This document shows, in pieces, positions 48,542 through 58,702 of a stretch of 64,000 nucleotides of DNA. The translations under genes and the position numbers were made by a program. Position 1 is the stretch's first letter. Every line of letters starts with the position of its first letter. The stretch is from assembly GCA_013001965.1 (NCBI GenBank), contig JABDLA010000135.1, forward strand, positions 1,823-65,822, given 5' to 3'. The notes below the pieces were generated by a model. It was not told the origin of the DNA and did no database searches. It saw only the letters and a program-made list of their open reading frames with translations. This stretch comes from Flavobacteriaceae bacterium (lineage in GTDB: Bacteria; Bacteroidota; Bacteroidia; Flavobacteriales; Flavobacteriaceae).

Positions 48542-49306
48542 TTAAAAATTATTCAACTGCCTGATATCCTCAGTTGAAATCCATCCGGTTTTACCATCGC
48601 TGAGTTTGATCTTTGCCCAGCTTTCATTAAAGTTTTCGAGAATCTGAACCTTTGTGCCTTCATGAAGATTGAAAGCCGTTTCACTTCTCAAATTCGGTTC
48701 CACATGTATTTCCGTCTCCTGGGCAAAGACTATTGCAGGCCTGTCTTTTTGAACACTATTATATTTTTGAAATGCAAAAGTTAATGTGAGTAATCCAAAG
48801 AACAGGAAAGAAAAACTCGATAAGAACAACAGTCGTTTTTTGGTTGTAGCATGGGAGAAATAATAGGTTAAAAAGAGCAGCACGAACATAAAACAAAAAG
48901 CAACCGACAGCACTGCCCATATATCAAAATTAAACAGGTTCACAACATTCTTAACCAATTTCGAAACACCAGCCTCAGGTATTGTTTCAATGGCGTCGAT
49001 GGTCATGTTTTGAGCAAAAGACAAATTGTTTTTTATCTCTTTGTCATTTGGATCTAACTGAAGCGCCTTCTCATAAAAGAAAATGCTAGGAGCCACCTGG
49101 TTGGTCTTATAATAGGCATTTGCCAAATTAAAATAGAGCTCGGCCGAATGTTCACCTTTATCCAATATGCTTTCATAGGCATAAATGGCCTCCTGAAATT
49201 GTCCGTTATTATAATATTCGTTGCCTTGTTTAAAGGCCGAATAATTAGCCTGGGCAAAAATTGCAGGGCCTACAAGTAATAAAAATATGTAGCTGATTTT
49301 ACGCAT
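48542..49306 (-). CDS. batE: BatE (TPR and SH3 domains)
   Basis: TPR LYFNLANAYYK, two TMs, LHEGTKV...GW SH3; last gene of bat operon. Confidence 0.88.
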   Translation of the reverse strand: MRKISYIFLLLVGPAIFAQANYSAFKQGNEYYNNGQFQEAIYAYESILDKGEHSAELYFNLANAYYKTNQVAPSIFFYEKALQLDPNDKEIKNNLSFAQNMTIDAIETIPEAGVSKLVKNVVNLFNFDIWAVLSVAFCFMFVLLFLTYYFSHATTKKRLLFLSSFSFLFFGLLTLTFAFQKYNSVQKDRPAIVFAQETEIHVEPNLRSETAFNLHEGTKVQILENFNESWAKIKLSDGKTGWISTEDIRQLNNF

Positions 49307-49310
49307 ATAT

Positions 49311-51095
49311 CTATGATCTAATCTGTTTATCAATTTCAGAAATAACCGTTGCCGCTTCATCATAATCATGCTTCATTTCGGCTCTTGAACTAGGCGTATA
49401 TCGAGCCAATTCGCAACTTTTGAGTAATTCTATAAATGACGCTATTTGCGTGTCACCAACCATCCTTTTGGCCAGCACATCGTTGATCTTTTCTTTGCTA
49501 AACTCACTCGTTTCAAGATTGAGCTTGGCTTTTAAATAATTGTGTAAGGCTCTATGCAGTGCATCATAAAAGCGTTCTTTTTGTCCGAGGTTTTGTTTGG
49601 CTTCACCAAGATACTTTTTGGCCAGTTTATTCGCTCTTCTCATTTTATTCCCAACGATATCATTCTCTCGTTCTTCTCTTCTTCGCTTCACAAGTAAAGC
49701 CAATGGAATGGCTATAAGCGGTGCAATCAAAGATCCCCAAAACAATTTCGATTTAAAGAAATATGAAGGTTTTGTACTCAGCAGTTTGGTGTTCGTTTTA
49801 AATGAAGCGAATTGATTTGATGATGAGATGGCCTGTTTATTATTCTCGCTAACGGCATTTGTAGTTGCTGACGAATTAATAGGCCCGTCTGTCACATTAA
49901 TGATCAACTCACTTGAGCTCCTTGTTTCATAGCGATCCGTTTTCGGATTAAAGAATGAAAAGGAAATACTTGGAATTGGATATTTGCCTTGATATTGGGG
50001 AACAATGGTGTAGGCATCTGAAATCTTGCCCTGCATGCCTGAGAGATTTGTGCTTACTTTTTCGGTATGTTCCGGTTCATAGACTTCCAGAGAACTTGGC
50101 AAACTTATTTTAGGTAATTTAAATAATTTCAAATTGCCCTTGCCCGATACCTCCACATGAGCTACTAATGCTTCGGTGGCCTTGAGCTCATTTTTTGTTG
50201 TGGTTACCCTGAAACTAAAATCACCAACCGCACCGTTAAAATTAAGAGGCCTTCCCTCCTCCGGCAATGGTTTTACATTGATCGTTCTATTGCCTGCAGC
50301 AACTGTCCTGTGAACCGATTGCATCAAACGGCCACCAAATATATCCCGCTTATTCGTTGGAACTTCAACCGTAATATCAAGCGTTAAAGGTTCTATATTT
50401 AGCTTTCCTGTTTTTTGAGGGTAAAGCACTGTTTTTCTTAAAACAACATACCGATAATCCTCGCCTTTATAAGTGCCATTTTGAACTTTGAGCCCCTTCA
50501 TGTCAATATTCTGGCTCCAAAAATCGTTATATCTAGGATTGTCAATTTCACGCCAATTGCTGACGCCTGTATTTGGAGAAACATATAGTTTATAAACCAC
50601 TGTAATGGCCTCATTCAAATACGGATTACTATCGGACACCTCGGCGACAAGATGTATATTTTGAGATACGATATAATCGGGGTCGTTGGGATCAGTCGGT
50701 TTATCAACGGCCGCGCTCACAACCACTTTAACCGGAATGGATTTATATATATTACCTTTTATTTCAATAGTGGCTTGTCCTATGGTGAAGGTCCCGCGTT
50801 TCTTCGGTGCCAGGAAGTAGCTGTATGTCTTGGAATAGGAACGTTTTCCATTGATCCAGGAATTGCTTATTGACGTATTGGGACCACCTACAACCGTGAA
50901 ATTCTCAAACCCAGGAGGGTTAAAATTATCACCGTCCTTATTCATAATAAAATCAACTCTTAAGCGCTCATTGATTCCAAGCTTTTTCTTACTTAGCTTG
51001 GCCTCAAATTGTACCGTTTCGATCTCGTCCTGCCCAAATGATACATTCAGACAAAGCGTCACAAAAAGAAGGGTTATGATCTTTATGTTTTTCAT
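49311..51095 (-). CDS. batD: BatD family protein
   Basis: Signal peptide, F.VVGGP..S, GAVG.F, G.GNL, C-terminal TM and CE.ARY.P. Confidence 0.9.
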   Translation of the reverse strand: MKNIKIITLLFVTLCLNVSFGQDEIETVQFEAKLSKKKLGINERLRVDFIMNKDGDNFNPPGFENFTVVGGPNTSISNSWINGKRSYSKTYSYFLAPKKRGTFTIGQATIEIKGNIYKSIPVKVVVSAAVDKPTDPNDPDYIVSQNIHLVAEVSDSNPYLNEAITVVYKLYVSPNTGVSNWREIDNPRYNDFWSQNIDMKGLKVQNGTYKGEDYRYVVLRKTVLYPQKTGKLNIEPLTLDITVEVPTNKRDIFGGRLMQSVHRTVAAGNRTINVKPLPEEGRPLNFNGAVGDFSFRVTTTKNELKATEALVAHVEVSGKGNLKLFKLPKISLPSSLEVYEPEHTEKVSTNLSGMQGKISDAYTIVPQYQGKYPIPSISFSFFNPKTDRYETRSSSELIINVTDGPINSSATTNAVSENNKQAISSSNQFASFKTNTKLLSTKPSYFFKSKLFWGSLIAPLIAIPLALLVKRRREERENDIVGNKMRRANKLAKKYLGEAKQNLGQKERFYDALHRALHNYLKAKLNLETSEFSKEKINDVLAKRMVGDTQIASFIELLKSCELARYTPSSRAEMKHDYDEAATVISEIDKQIRS

Positions 51096-51098
51096 AGG

Positions 51099-51932
51099 TT
51101 ACCAGTCTTTTTCAGTTCTCACTTTCACACCTTTTGTTTTCTGGGCGTTGATTTTTTCCTGAACCTTTTTTTCCTGATTATTCATTGCTTCAAGCAAATT
51201 CTTCACTTGTTGGGGCGACAGTTTTCCTGGCTGTGCTTGTTGTTGTTTTTTTCGTTGTTCGTTGGGGTTATTCTCCTGCTTATTATCCTTTTCATCGCTT
51301 GGTTTGCCATTATCATCCTCCTTATCATCACCTTCATTTTGTTCCTGTTTATCATCACCTTCACTATCCTGCTCTTCCTGATCCTCGCCTTCTTCCTTTT
51401 GATCTTCATTTTCATTCTCGCTCTCATCCGGATTCTTATTCTCATCCTGCTCGTCTTCACCGTCCCCACCACCTTGATTTTTCGCACATTCTTTGGCTAA
51501 TGCAAGATTGTAACGTGACTCATCATCAGTAGGATCATTTCGTAAGGCATTCTTATAGGCTTCAACAGCCTCTTTACAGAGCTCCTTGTCCATCAAGATA
51601 TTTCCAATATTATGAAAGGCGGCATGTTTTTCCTTCTTCGAACCCGCATTTTGGGTGGTTTCCAAATGTCTTAATAAGGCCTCGTCCAAATGTCCAGAAT
51701 TGTAGTAGGCATTTCCAAGATTATAGCTTCCAACAGCATTTGATGGTAATTTGGAAATCGCCTTCCTATATTCTTTCTCTGCTTCAACAAAATCCTCTTC
51801 TACAAGGTTATTGCCTTCATAAATCAGATCATTGGACTTTTTCAATGTGAGCTCATTACCCTGAGCCGTCGCCAGGGAAACAGAGAGTAGGCACAAAAAC
51901 AATAAAACACATTGAGAAGCTCTTAAAGTCAT
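51099..51932 (-). CDS. batC: BatC (TPR with acidic low-complexity linker)
   Basis: YNLGNAYY, YKNALR.DP.D.E.RYNL, terminal EKDW. Confidence 0.88.
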   Translation of the reverse strand: MTLRASQCVLLFLCLLSVSLATAQGNELTLKKSNDLIYEGNNLVEEDFVEAEKEYRKAISKLPSNAVGSYNLGNAYYNSGHLDEALLRHLETTQNAGSKKEKHAAFHNIGNILMDKELCKEAVEAYKNALRNDPTDDESRYNLALAKECAKNQGGGDGEDEQDENKNPDESENENEDQKEEGEDQEEQDSEGDDKQEQNEGDDKEDDNGKPSDEKDNKQENNPNEQRKKQQQAQPGKLSPQQVKNLLEAMNNQEKKVQEKINAQKTKGVKVRTEKDW

Positions 51933-51982
51933 TGTTCTTAAAGGATTTAACTCGAATATTAGTAATTTTTTGTGTGAAAAAA

Positions 51983-53020
51983 TCATAAGTTTTCGTTAAA
52001 TAAATTTAAACGTCTTAACCAGGCCGTCTTGCGTTCTAGCAAAAAGATGTCAACGAATAAAAAGAAAACGGCAAAGCCTAAAAACCACTGAAATTGATCT
52101 TTATACTCAGCAAATTGCTTGGCTTCAAATTCCTTTTTATCCATTTTATTTAAAATTTCTCTTATAGTTTCCACGACCTCATTGGTGTTTCTGCCGTTAA
52201 TATATTGACCATTTGCCTCTTCAGCAATATCAATCAGGGTTTCTTCATCCAGTTTCGTTATAACAGTTTCTCCGCTATTATCCTTTTTATAATTTAAGAC
52301 GATCTCATTTCTTTTGATTGGTATAGGCGCTCCTTTTGTACTTCCGACGCCGATGGTAAATATTTTTATTCCTTCTTCCGAAGCCGCTTCTGCAACTTCA
52401 ACCGCTACATTGTTATGATCCTCTCCATCAGAAATTATGATCAACACACGATTGGTTTGATCATCATCATCATAATAGGTTCTTGCCAATTGTATCGCTT
52501 CGTCAATGGCGGTTCCCTGTGATGAGAGCATTTCCGTATTCATGCTTTGAAGGAACATTTTTGCAGACGCATAATCTGTCGTTATTGGCAGTTGTGGAAA
52601 GGCTTTCCCGGCATAGGCGATGATCCCAACTCTGTCACTCGCTAAATTATTGATGATCTGAGTGACCAGTTGTTTCGATTTTTCCATACGGTTAGGCGCT
52701 ATATCTTCGGCCAGCATACTTTTGGAAACATCTACCGCAAACACTATATCCACCCCTTCCCGTTTCACGGTTTCAAGTTTGGTCCCAATTTTAGGATTAA
52801 CCAGGGCAATCGATAAGCAACCAAATGCCATACTGATCACCATGACCTTCAAGAGCGATTTAAACAAGGACCTGTTAGGACTCAACCGATCGAGTAAGTG
52901 GCGGTCGGCGAATTTCTTCTGCCTGTTGTTTTTCCAGATCAGAAGCAATACAAAAAACATGACGATCGCCGGAATGATCAACAATGTCCAAAACCATATA
53001 TGTTCTTCTAACTGATACAT
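51983..53020 (-). CDS. batB: BatB VWA domain protein
   Basis: MIDAS DVSKS, DIAPNR, ISDGEDH. Confidence 0.9.
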   Translation of the reverse strand: MYQLEEHIWFWTLLIIPAIVMFFVLLLIWKNNRQKKFADRHLLDRLSPNRSLFKSLLKVMVISMAFGCLSIALVNPKIGTKLETVKREGVDIVFAVDVSKSMLAEDIAPNRMEKSKQLVTQIINNLASDRVGIIAYAGKAFPQLPITTDYASAKMFLQSMNTEMLSSQGTAIDEAIQLARTYYDDDDQTNRVLIIISDGEDHNNVAVEVAEAASEEGIKIFTIGVGSTKGAPIPIKRNEIVLNYKKDNSGETVITKLDEETLIDIAEEANGQYINGRNTNEVVETIREILNKMDKKEFEAKQFAEYKDQFQWFLGFAVFFLFVDIFLLERKTAWLRRLNLFNENL

Positions 53021-54025
53021 TTATACAAAGCTTCTAAATAGTGTAAATTTTAACAGCATTTCCAAAATCAAAAACAATCCTGCCAATATGACCAGGGGGC
53101 GGTATTTTTCTTCATAGTTGTAGAATTTGAATTCTTCCACATCTGTTTTTTCCAGTTTATCAATCTCTTTATAGATCTCCTTTAATTTCTTATTATCAGT
53201 CGCCCTAAAATATTGCCCTCCGGTAACGTCGGCGATCTCCTGTAAGAGGGTCTCATCAATTTCTACCTGAACGCGGCCATACTGAAATTTACCATCACGT
53301 GATAAGGCCACCGGAGATAAAGCCATTCCGTTTGTTCCCAATCCTATGGTATAGGTCTTGATCCCATATTCAACGGCGAGTTCACTTGCCGTATTAGGAT
53401 CTATAAAGCCTGAGTTATTGACGCCATCGGTCAGTAGAATGATCACCTTGCTTTTTGCCTTGCTGTCTTTTATGCGATTAACTGCAGTTGCCAGGCCCAT
53501 TCCTATAGCTGTTCCACCTTCAATAATCGTATTATACTTGATCTCCTTTAAGGATCTGAGCACAATGGATTTATCACTGGTTATCGGTGTTTTGGTATAA
53601 CTTTCTCCTGCGTATTCCACCAGACCGATCCTGTCATTTGGTCGTCCTTGAATGAACTCGGCAGCTACATTTTTCAGGGCTTCAAGCCTGTTTGGTTTAA
53701 GGTCCTTAGCCAGCATACTTGCTGAAACATCGATAGCCATGACAATATCGATACCTCTGGTCGTTTTGGTTCTGGTTGAAACATCAACGGTTTGAGGCCG
53801 AGCCATGGCGGTAATGATCAAAGCCAAAGCCGCCATTCTCAATATAAATAGAAGGTGTTTCAATTTTGGAAGCCATGACGGGCTTGCCTTAAATCCCTTA
53901 AGACTCGATATGCGCAATTCGGCTGTTTGTTTCTTATATTTAAAAATATGCCATATCAGGGCCAATGGCAGTAGGAGAAACAACCAGAACATATTTTTAT
54001 TTAAAAACTCAATACCTTCTAACAC
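53021..54025 (-). CDS. batA: BatA VWA domain protein
   Basis: MIDAS DVSAS, GTAIGMGLA.A, LLTDGVNN, TGG.YFRA. Confidence 0.92.
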   Translation of the reverse strand: MLEGIEFLNKNMFWLFLLLPLALIWHIFKYKKQTAELRISSLKGFKASPSWLPKLKHLLFILRMAALALIITAMARPQTVDVSTRTKTTRGIDIVMAIDVSASMLAKDLKPNRLEALKNVAAEFIQGRPNDRIGLVEYAGESYTKTPITSDKSIVLRSLKEIKYNTIIEGGTAIGMGLATAVNRIKDSKAKSKVIILLTDGVNNSGFIDPNTASELAVEYGIKTYTIGLGTNGMALSPVALSRDGKFQYGRVQVEIDETLLQEIADVTGGQYFRATDNKKLKEIYKEIDKLEKTDVEEFKFYNYEEKYRPLVILAGLFLILEMLLKFTLFRSFV

Positions 54026-55710
54026 TATTTATCTTTTTCTTCTAACTTAAGTAATTCAACTGAATTCGATACTCGCTCAATGATTTGATCGGCATAAACA
54101 TCGCCACTCATCCAGAGCATAACAATTTGCTGACGCACATTCTTAGATCTGAAATGCAGTAATACATATTCTGTTTTTATTTTTTCATCACCTTCCTCCA
54201 GGCCTATGTCCATGGATCCAAAAGTTTTAATGCCTTCTTGTCCATTAGGTGTGATAAATTGCTCTCGTCTTACCGATATATTTGTGGCGCCCTGCTCTTC
54301 AAATTTCGCCAAATAGCCTTCTGAAGCTTTGAGCAGATCCTTCCCAATTTCCTCTTCGTTATTAAATTGTTTTTCCTCTTCCGGTGATAAAATAAATCGC
54401 GTATTGCTCAACTCAATTTTAATATGACCGTCTGTTGAAAGGAATTGAAACGAGGCATCCTGAATCCGCTCTTTCAACTCCTCAGGAACTAATGAAGGCA
54501 CGCGCTCAAGAACCTCGGGCGTTGTTATAATAATCCCTGGTGCGCCATATTCGCTTGTAACCCACTCCTTTTGTTCCAATAGCTTTTTGGTGGGATGTCC
54601 TAAAATTGAATCCTTTACATAATTGAATCCATAATGCAAACTGAATCCAACAAAGGTTCCAATAAGTAAAAGCACAGCTACTGCTGCGGTGATTATGATT
54701 TGTTTTCTTCTTTTCTTCTTTGCCTGTTCTTCCCTGTATTTCATATCAGCCAGGCGTTCTTCCTCAGTAGGTTCAGGAAGTGATTCTTTGACATGATCTA
54801 TTTCAAGATCAATTGTATCTCTGTCGATCTTAGCCAATTCCTTATCTGGCCTTGCTTTTGCAAATTTTACCAGATCGGCTCTTCTGAAAATTGTTTCAAA
54901 ATTAGCAATAGTATCGGCGTCCAGATCGATTTGATTTCCATCCTTGAGAAGTTGCAATCTATTTATCAATTCTTCAGTAGTACTTTCCAGAGAATGGTCA
55001 TATACCTTTTCGTCGAGATATTTTCGAATGATCAGCGTAAGTTCGGAATAATAGGATTTGATCTCATCATTTTCAAGGTAACTCGATCGTTCCAACTCCT
55101 GAAGCGCCATTTTTGCTCTTTCATAGGGAGGCAGTAAGGCAATTTTTTCTTCTACTGAAAGCGGTTTTTTCCGCCAGACAAACCAATAGACCAGAAATCC
55201 TATTAGGGCAAGGGCAAGTAAAATGAAAATCAAATTTCTCAGCCAGTTGCCTGAGCTTTTTTCAACTTCAAAAATGGGTTTAATATCATATAATTTCTGT
55301 TTGGTGGTATCGACCTCTACAGTACGCACTTCAACCTTTAATGAATCTGTAAAAAAGCGTTTATCACCAATAAGTATCGTCTGCTGCGGAATGGTATATG
55401 ATCCCGAATCAAATTGGGTCAATCCATATTTCTTAATCAGCTGATATTTCGCATTTTTCAAGGTACTGTCAATGTCGTAGGCTTCAATAACTTCCAACGG
55501 TAAAAAACTTTGACCCTCAGGGAATATGACCATATCTGTGGTGTCAGATTCCACCTCGATCTTATAGGTGATCTGTTCGCCAATTTTAATAGAGGTCGAA
55601 TCTATAGAAGATTTTACCTGAGCAAATGAGAAGGACGAAAAAAGGCATAAAAATATCAGAAGCCTTTGGCCTGTTATCGATGATTTTATGTTTAATATCC
55701 CCTTTCCCAT
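54025..55710 (-). CDS. bat-operon membrane protein (DUF4381/BatD-like)
   Basis: IKIGEQ N-terminus, FDSG.Y.IP, YDIK, ADLVKFAK; lies between DUF58 and batA. Confidence 0.8.
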   Translation of the reverse strand: MGKGILNIKSSITGQRLLIFLCLFSSFSFAQVKSSIDSTSIKIGEQITYKIEVESDTTDMVIFPEGQSFLPLEVIEAYDIDSTLKNAKYQLIKKYGLTQFDSGSYTIPQQTILIGDKRFFTDSLKVEVRTVEVDTTKQKLYDIKPIFEVEKSSGNWLRNLIFILLALALIGFLVYWFVWRKKPLSVEEKIALLPPYERAKMALQELERSSYLENDEIKSYYSELTLIIRKYLDEKVYDHSLESTTEELINRLQLLKDGNQIDLDADTIANFETIFRRADLVKFAKARPDKELAKIDRDTIDLEIDHVKESLPEPTEEERLADMKYREEQAKKKRRKQIIITAAVAVLLLIGTFVGFSLHYGFNYVKDSILGHPTKKLLEQKEWVTSEYGAPGIIITTPEVLERVPSLVPEELKERIQDASFQFLSTDGHIKIELSNTRFILSPEEEKQFNNEEEIGKDLLKASEGYLAKFEEQGATNISVRREQFITPNGQEGIKTFGSMDIGLEEGDEKIKTEYVLLHFRSKNVRQQIVMLWMSGDVYADQIIERVSNSVELLKLEEKDK

Positions 55711-55719
55711 AGTTTTGTT

Positions 55720-56586
55720 TTAAGCACGGCGCTTAAAATATCCAAGCAGTTTCTTGACATAGCTTTCATCCACACGGCAATGAATCATTCCAGCACCAGA
55801 TTTAGTGAAACTGTCTTTAAAATAATTGACCTTTTCGGCATAATATCTTGCGTAATTATGACGTACCTTCCTGGATGAGGTGTTGATCAGCATGCTCTCC
55901 CCTAATTCTTCATCATACATCTGAACCATGCCCAAATTAGGGATCGATTCCTCATGTTTATCGTAAATCCGAATTCCCGTAACATCATGTCGCCCAGAAG
56001 CTATCTTAAGTGTATGCTGATAGTCTTCGGTTATAAAATCGGACATGATGAAAACGATAGCCCTTTTTTTCATTACGTTCGACAGAAATTTCAGTGCTTC
56101 CGCCAGGTTGGTTCGTTTGCTTTGAGGTTTGAACTCAATGAGTTCGCGAATGATCCTCAACACATGAGAGCGTCCTTTTTTTGGTGGGATATAAAGCTCA
56201 ATGTCATCAGAAAAAAGTATCAATCCAATCTTATCATTATTTTGGGTGGCAGAAAATGCCAGAGTGGCTGCAATTTCTGTTACGATCTCGTTTTTAAAGC
56301 GCTTTTCAGTACCGAAAAATTCCGATCCGGAAATATCAACCATCAACATCATTGTGAGTTCTCTTTCCTCTTCAAAAACTTTTATGAAAGGCTCATTATA
56401 TCGTGCGGTAACATTCCAGTCTATACTTCTTACATCATCACCATATTGATACTGTCTTACCTCACTAAAGGTCATCCCACGCCCTTTAAAGGTTGAATGG
56501 TATTCACCTCCAAAAATATGATCAGACAAGCGTCTTGTCTTAATCTCAATTTTACGTACTTTTTTTAATAGTTCTTTAGTATCCAT
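55720..56586 (-). CDS. DUF58 domain protein
   Basis: G.GM.F.EVR.Y..GDDVR.IDWNVTAR, EEERE, D.S.S. Confidence 0.93.
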   Translation of the reverse strand: MDTKELLKKVRKIEIKTRRLSDHIFGGEYHSTFKGRGMTFSEVRQYQYGDDVRSIDWNVTARYNEPFIKVFEEERELTMMLMVDISGSEFFGTEKRFKNEIVTEIAATLAFSATQNNDKIGLILFSDDIELYIPPKKGRSHVLRIIRELIEFKPQSKRTNLAEALKFLSNVMKKRAIVFIMSDFITEDYQHTLKIASGRHDVTGIRIYDKHEESIPNLGMVQMYDEELGESMLINTSSRKVRHNYARYYAEKVNYFKDSFTKSGAGMIHCRVDESYVKKLLGYFKRRA

Positions 56587-56628
56587 AGTGTCATTCGGCA
56601 GTAATCAATCGTATCTGTAAATAAAATT

Positions 56629-57633
56629 CTATGGGACCTCTATTTCATTTACGATCTTATTGATGATGTCTTCTGATGTAACATTTTCAGCCTCGGCCTC
56701 ATAGGTAATTCCTATACGGTGTCGCAATACATCATGAACAATTGCGCGTACGTCCTCTGGAATAACATAACCTCTGCGTTTAATGAATGCGTAACATTTT
56801 GCAGCATTTGCGAGATTAATGCTTCCTCTGGGCGATGCGCCAAATGAAATTAATGGTTGTAAACTTGGTAGTCTGTAATCAGCGGGATTACGAGTAGCAA
56901 AAACAATATCGAGAATATATTTTTCAATCTTTTCATCCATATAGACCTCTCTTACAGCTTTTTGAGCATTTAAAATTTGATCAATGGAAACCACCGGATT
57001 GATCTTTTCAAAACCATCTTTTAGGTTGGCCCTTATAATGAGCTGCTCCTCATCCATTTTAGGATAGTCGATCACTGTCTTCAACATGAATCGATCAACC
57101 TGTGCTTCAGGAAGTGGATATGTCCCCTCCTGTTCAATTGGATTCTGAGTAGCCATAACCAAAAACGGTTTATCCAGAATAAAGGTTTCGTCACCTATGG
57201 TCACCTGCTTTTCCTGCATGGCTTCAAGAAGTGCCGACTGCACCTTGGCAGGCGCCCGGTTGATCTCATCGGCCAAAACGAAATTGGCGAAAATGGGCCC
57301 TTTTTTTATAAAGAAATCGTTCTTTTTTATATTATAGATCAGGGTCCCTACCACATCGGCCGGTAAAAGATCAGGCGTAAATTGAATCCGGCTAAAGCTT
57401 CCATGTACTGCTTGTGACAAGGTGTTTATCGCGAGGGTTTTTGCCAATCCGGGAACCCCTTCAAGAAGGATATGTCCCTGACCCAGCAATCCAATTAACA
57501 ATCGTTCAACCATCTGCTTCTGACCAACTATAACCTTATTGATTTCTAAGGTAAGCAGGTCAACAAACGCGCTTTCTTTTTCTATCTTTTCATTAATTTC
57601 TTTAATATCAATTGTGCTCTTATCCTCAATCAT
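56629..57633 (-). CDS. moxR: MoxR family AAA+ ATPase
   Basis: GVPGLAKT, RIQFTPDLLPAD, DEINRAPAKVQSALLEAM, ATQNPIEQEGTYPLPEAQ.DRF. Confidence 0.95.
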   Translation of the reverse strand: MIEDKSTIDIKEINEKIEKESAFVDLLTLEINKVIVGQKQMVERLLIGLLGQGHILLEGVPGLAKTLAINTLSQAVHGSFSRIQFTPDLLPADVVGTLIYNIKKNDFFIKKGPIFANFVLADEINRAPAKVQSALLEAMQEKQVTIGDETFILDKPFLVMATQNPIEQEGTYPLPEAQVDRFMLKTVIDYPKMDEEQLIIRANLKDGFEKINPVVSIDQILNAQKAVREVYMDEKIEKYILDIVFATRNPADYRLPSLQPLISFGASPRGSINLANAAKCYAFIKRRGYVIPEDVRAIVHDVLRHRIGITYEAEAENVTSEDIINKIVNEIEVP

Positions 57634-57792
57634 AGTTTCATTTTTAAAGGTGTGAATATAGCTCGCATTTTTGAACACCGCAAATTGTTAAATTAATTGA
57701 TGCTCTGCTGTTAATAATTGGTTAAAAAATCCAGCATTTAAAAGCCTTTATCCGCTATAGTTTGCTATTTTTAAAGCACAATTCTACACTTA

Positions 57793-58665
57793 ATGTCAAA
57801 TTTGAATTTTTCAAAAATTATTTCAGGTACGATGAACTGGGGAAGTTGGGGCAAACAACTGGACCAAAGGGATATGATCGCCTTAATTAACCATTGTGTT
57901 GAAAATGAGATTACTAGCTTCGATCATGCCGACATATATGGTGGTTATACCACGGAATCGGAATTTGGAAATGCCTTTTCTGAAAGTGGCATCGATCGTG
58001 ATCAGGTGGAATTTATTTCGAAATGTGGTATTCAGTATATGTCTGAAAACAGAACAAATAAAGTAAAGCATTATGATTATTCAAAGTCCTATATCATTGC
58101 ATCGGTGGAGCGCTCTCTGAAAGCCTTGAGAACCGATTATTTAGACCTGTTCTTATTGCATAGACCTAGCCCATTAATGCAAGCTGAAGAAATTTCTGAA
58201 GCTGTAACTCAATTAATTAAAAATGGCAAAATCAAATCTTTTGGAGTTTCAAATTTTACACCCTCACAGGTGGATCTGATCTCAAGTGCCATTCCGGTTA
58301 AAGTGAACCAAATTGAATTTTCACTGACCCATCATAGTGCTATGCATAATGGTGTCTTAGATCAAATGCTGCAACATGATATTAGGCCAATGGCCTGGTC
58401 TCCACTGGGTTCTGTGTTTAAAAGTGACACCGAAGAAAGCCGAAGGATTCACCGTCAACTCGGTCAATTACGAGATACCTATGAGGCTACCGAAGATCAA
58501 CTCCTCCTAGCCTGGATCATGAAGCATCCTTCCGGTATCCATCCTGTGATCGGGACAACAGATGCAAATCGTATTACCAATGCCAATAAAGCTGTAAATA
58601 TAGATCTAGATCTTGAAGATTGGTTCTTGATGCTGGTCGCAAGCCAAGGCCATAAAGTTCCATAA
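57793..58665 (+). CDS. Aldo/keto reductase (YdhF-like)
   Basis: FDHADIYG, SKCGI, LLHRP, GVSNF, AWSPLG. Confidence 0.92.
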   Translation: MSNLNFSKIISGTMNWGSWGKQLDQRDMIALINHCVENEITSFDHADIYGGYTTESEFGNAFSESGIDRDQVEFISKCGIQYMSENRTNKVKHYDYSKSYIIASVERSLKALRTDYLDLFLLHRPSPLMQAEEISEAVTQLIKNGKIKSFGVSNFTPSQVDLISSAIPVKVNQIEFSLTHHSAMHNGVLDQMLQHDIRPMAWSPLGSVFKSDTEESRRIHRQLGQLRDTYEATEDQLLLAWIMKHPSGIHPVIGTTDANRITNANKAVNIDLDLEDWFLMLVASQGHKVP

Positions 58666-58702
58666 AATGTATTATTTGAATTTGTAAATTAGACCCACTT
58701 CT

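Noticed and set aside
51185..51532. Repetitive TCATC/TCCTC-rich DNA and odd overlapping ORFs
   Set aside because: Explained by the Asp/Glu/Gln low-complexity linker of BatC; not a repeat array or a separate gene.
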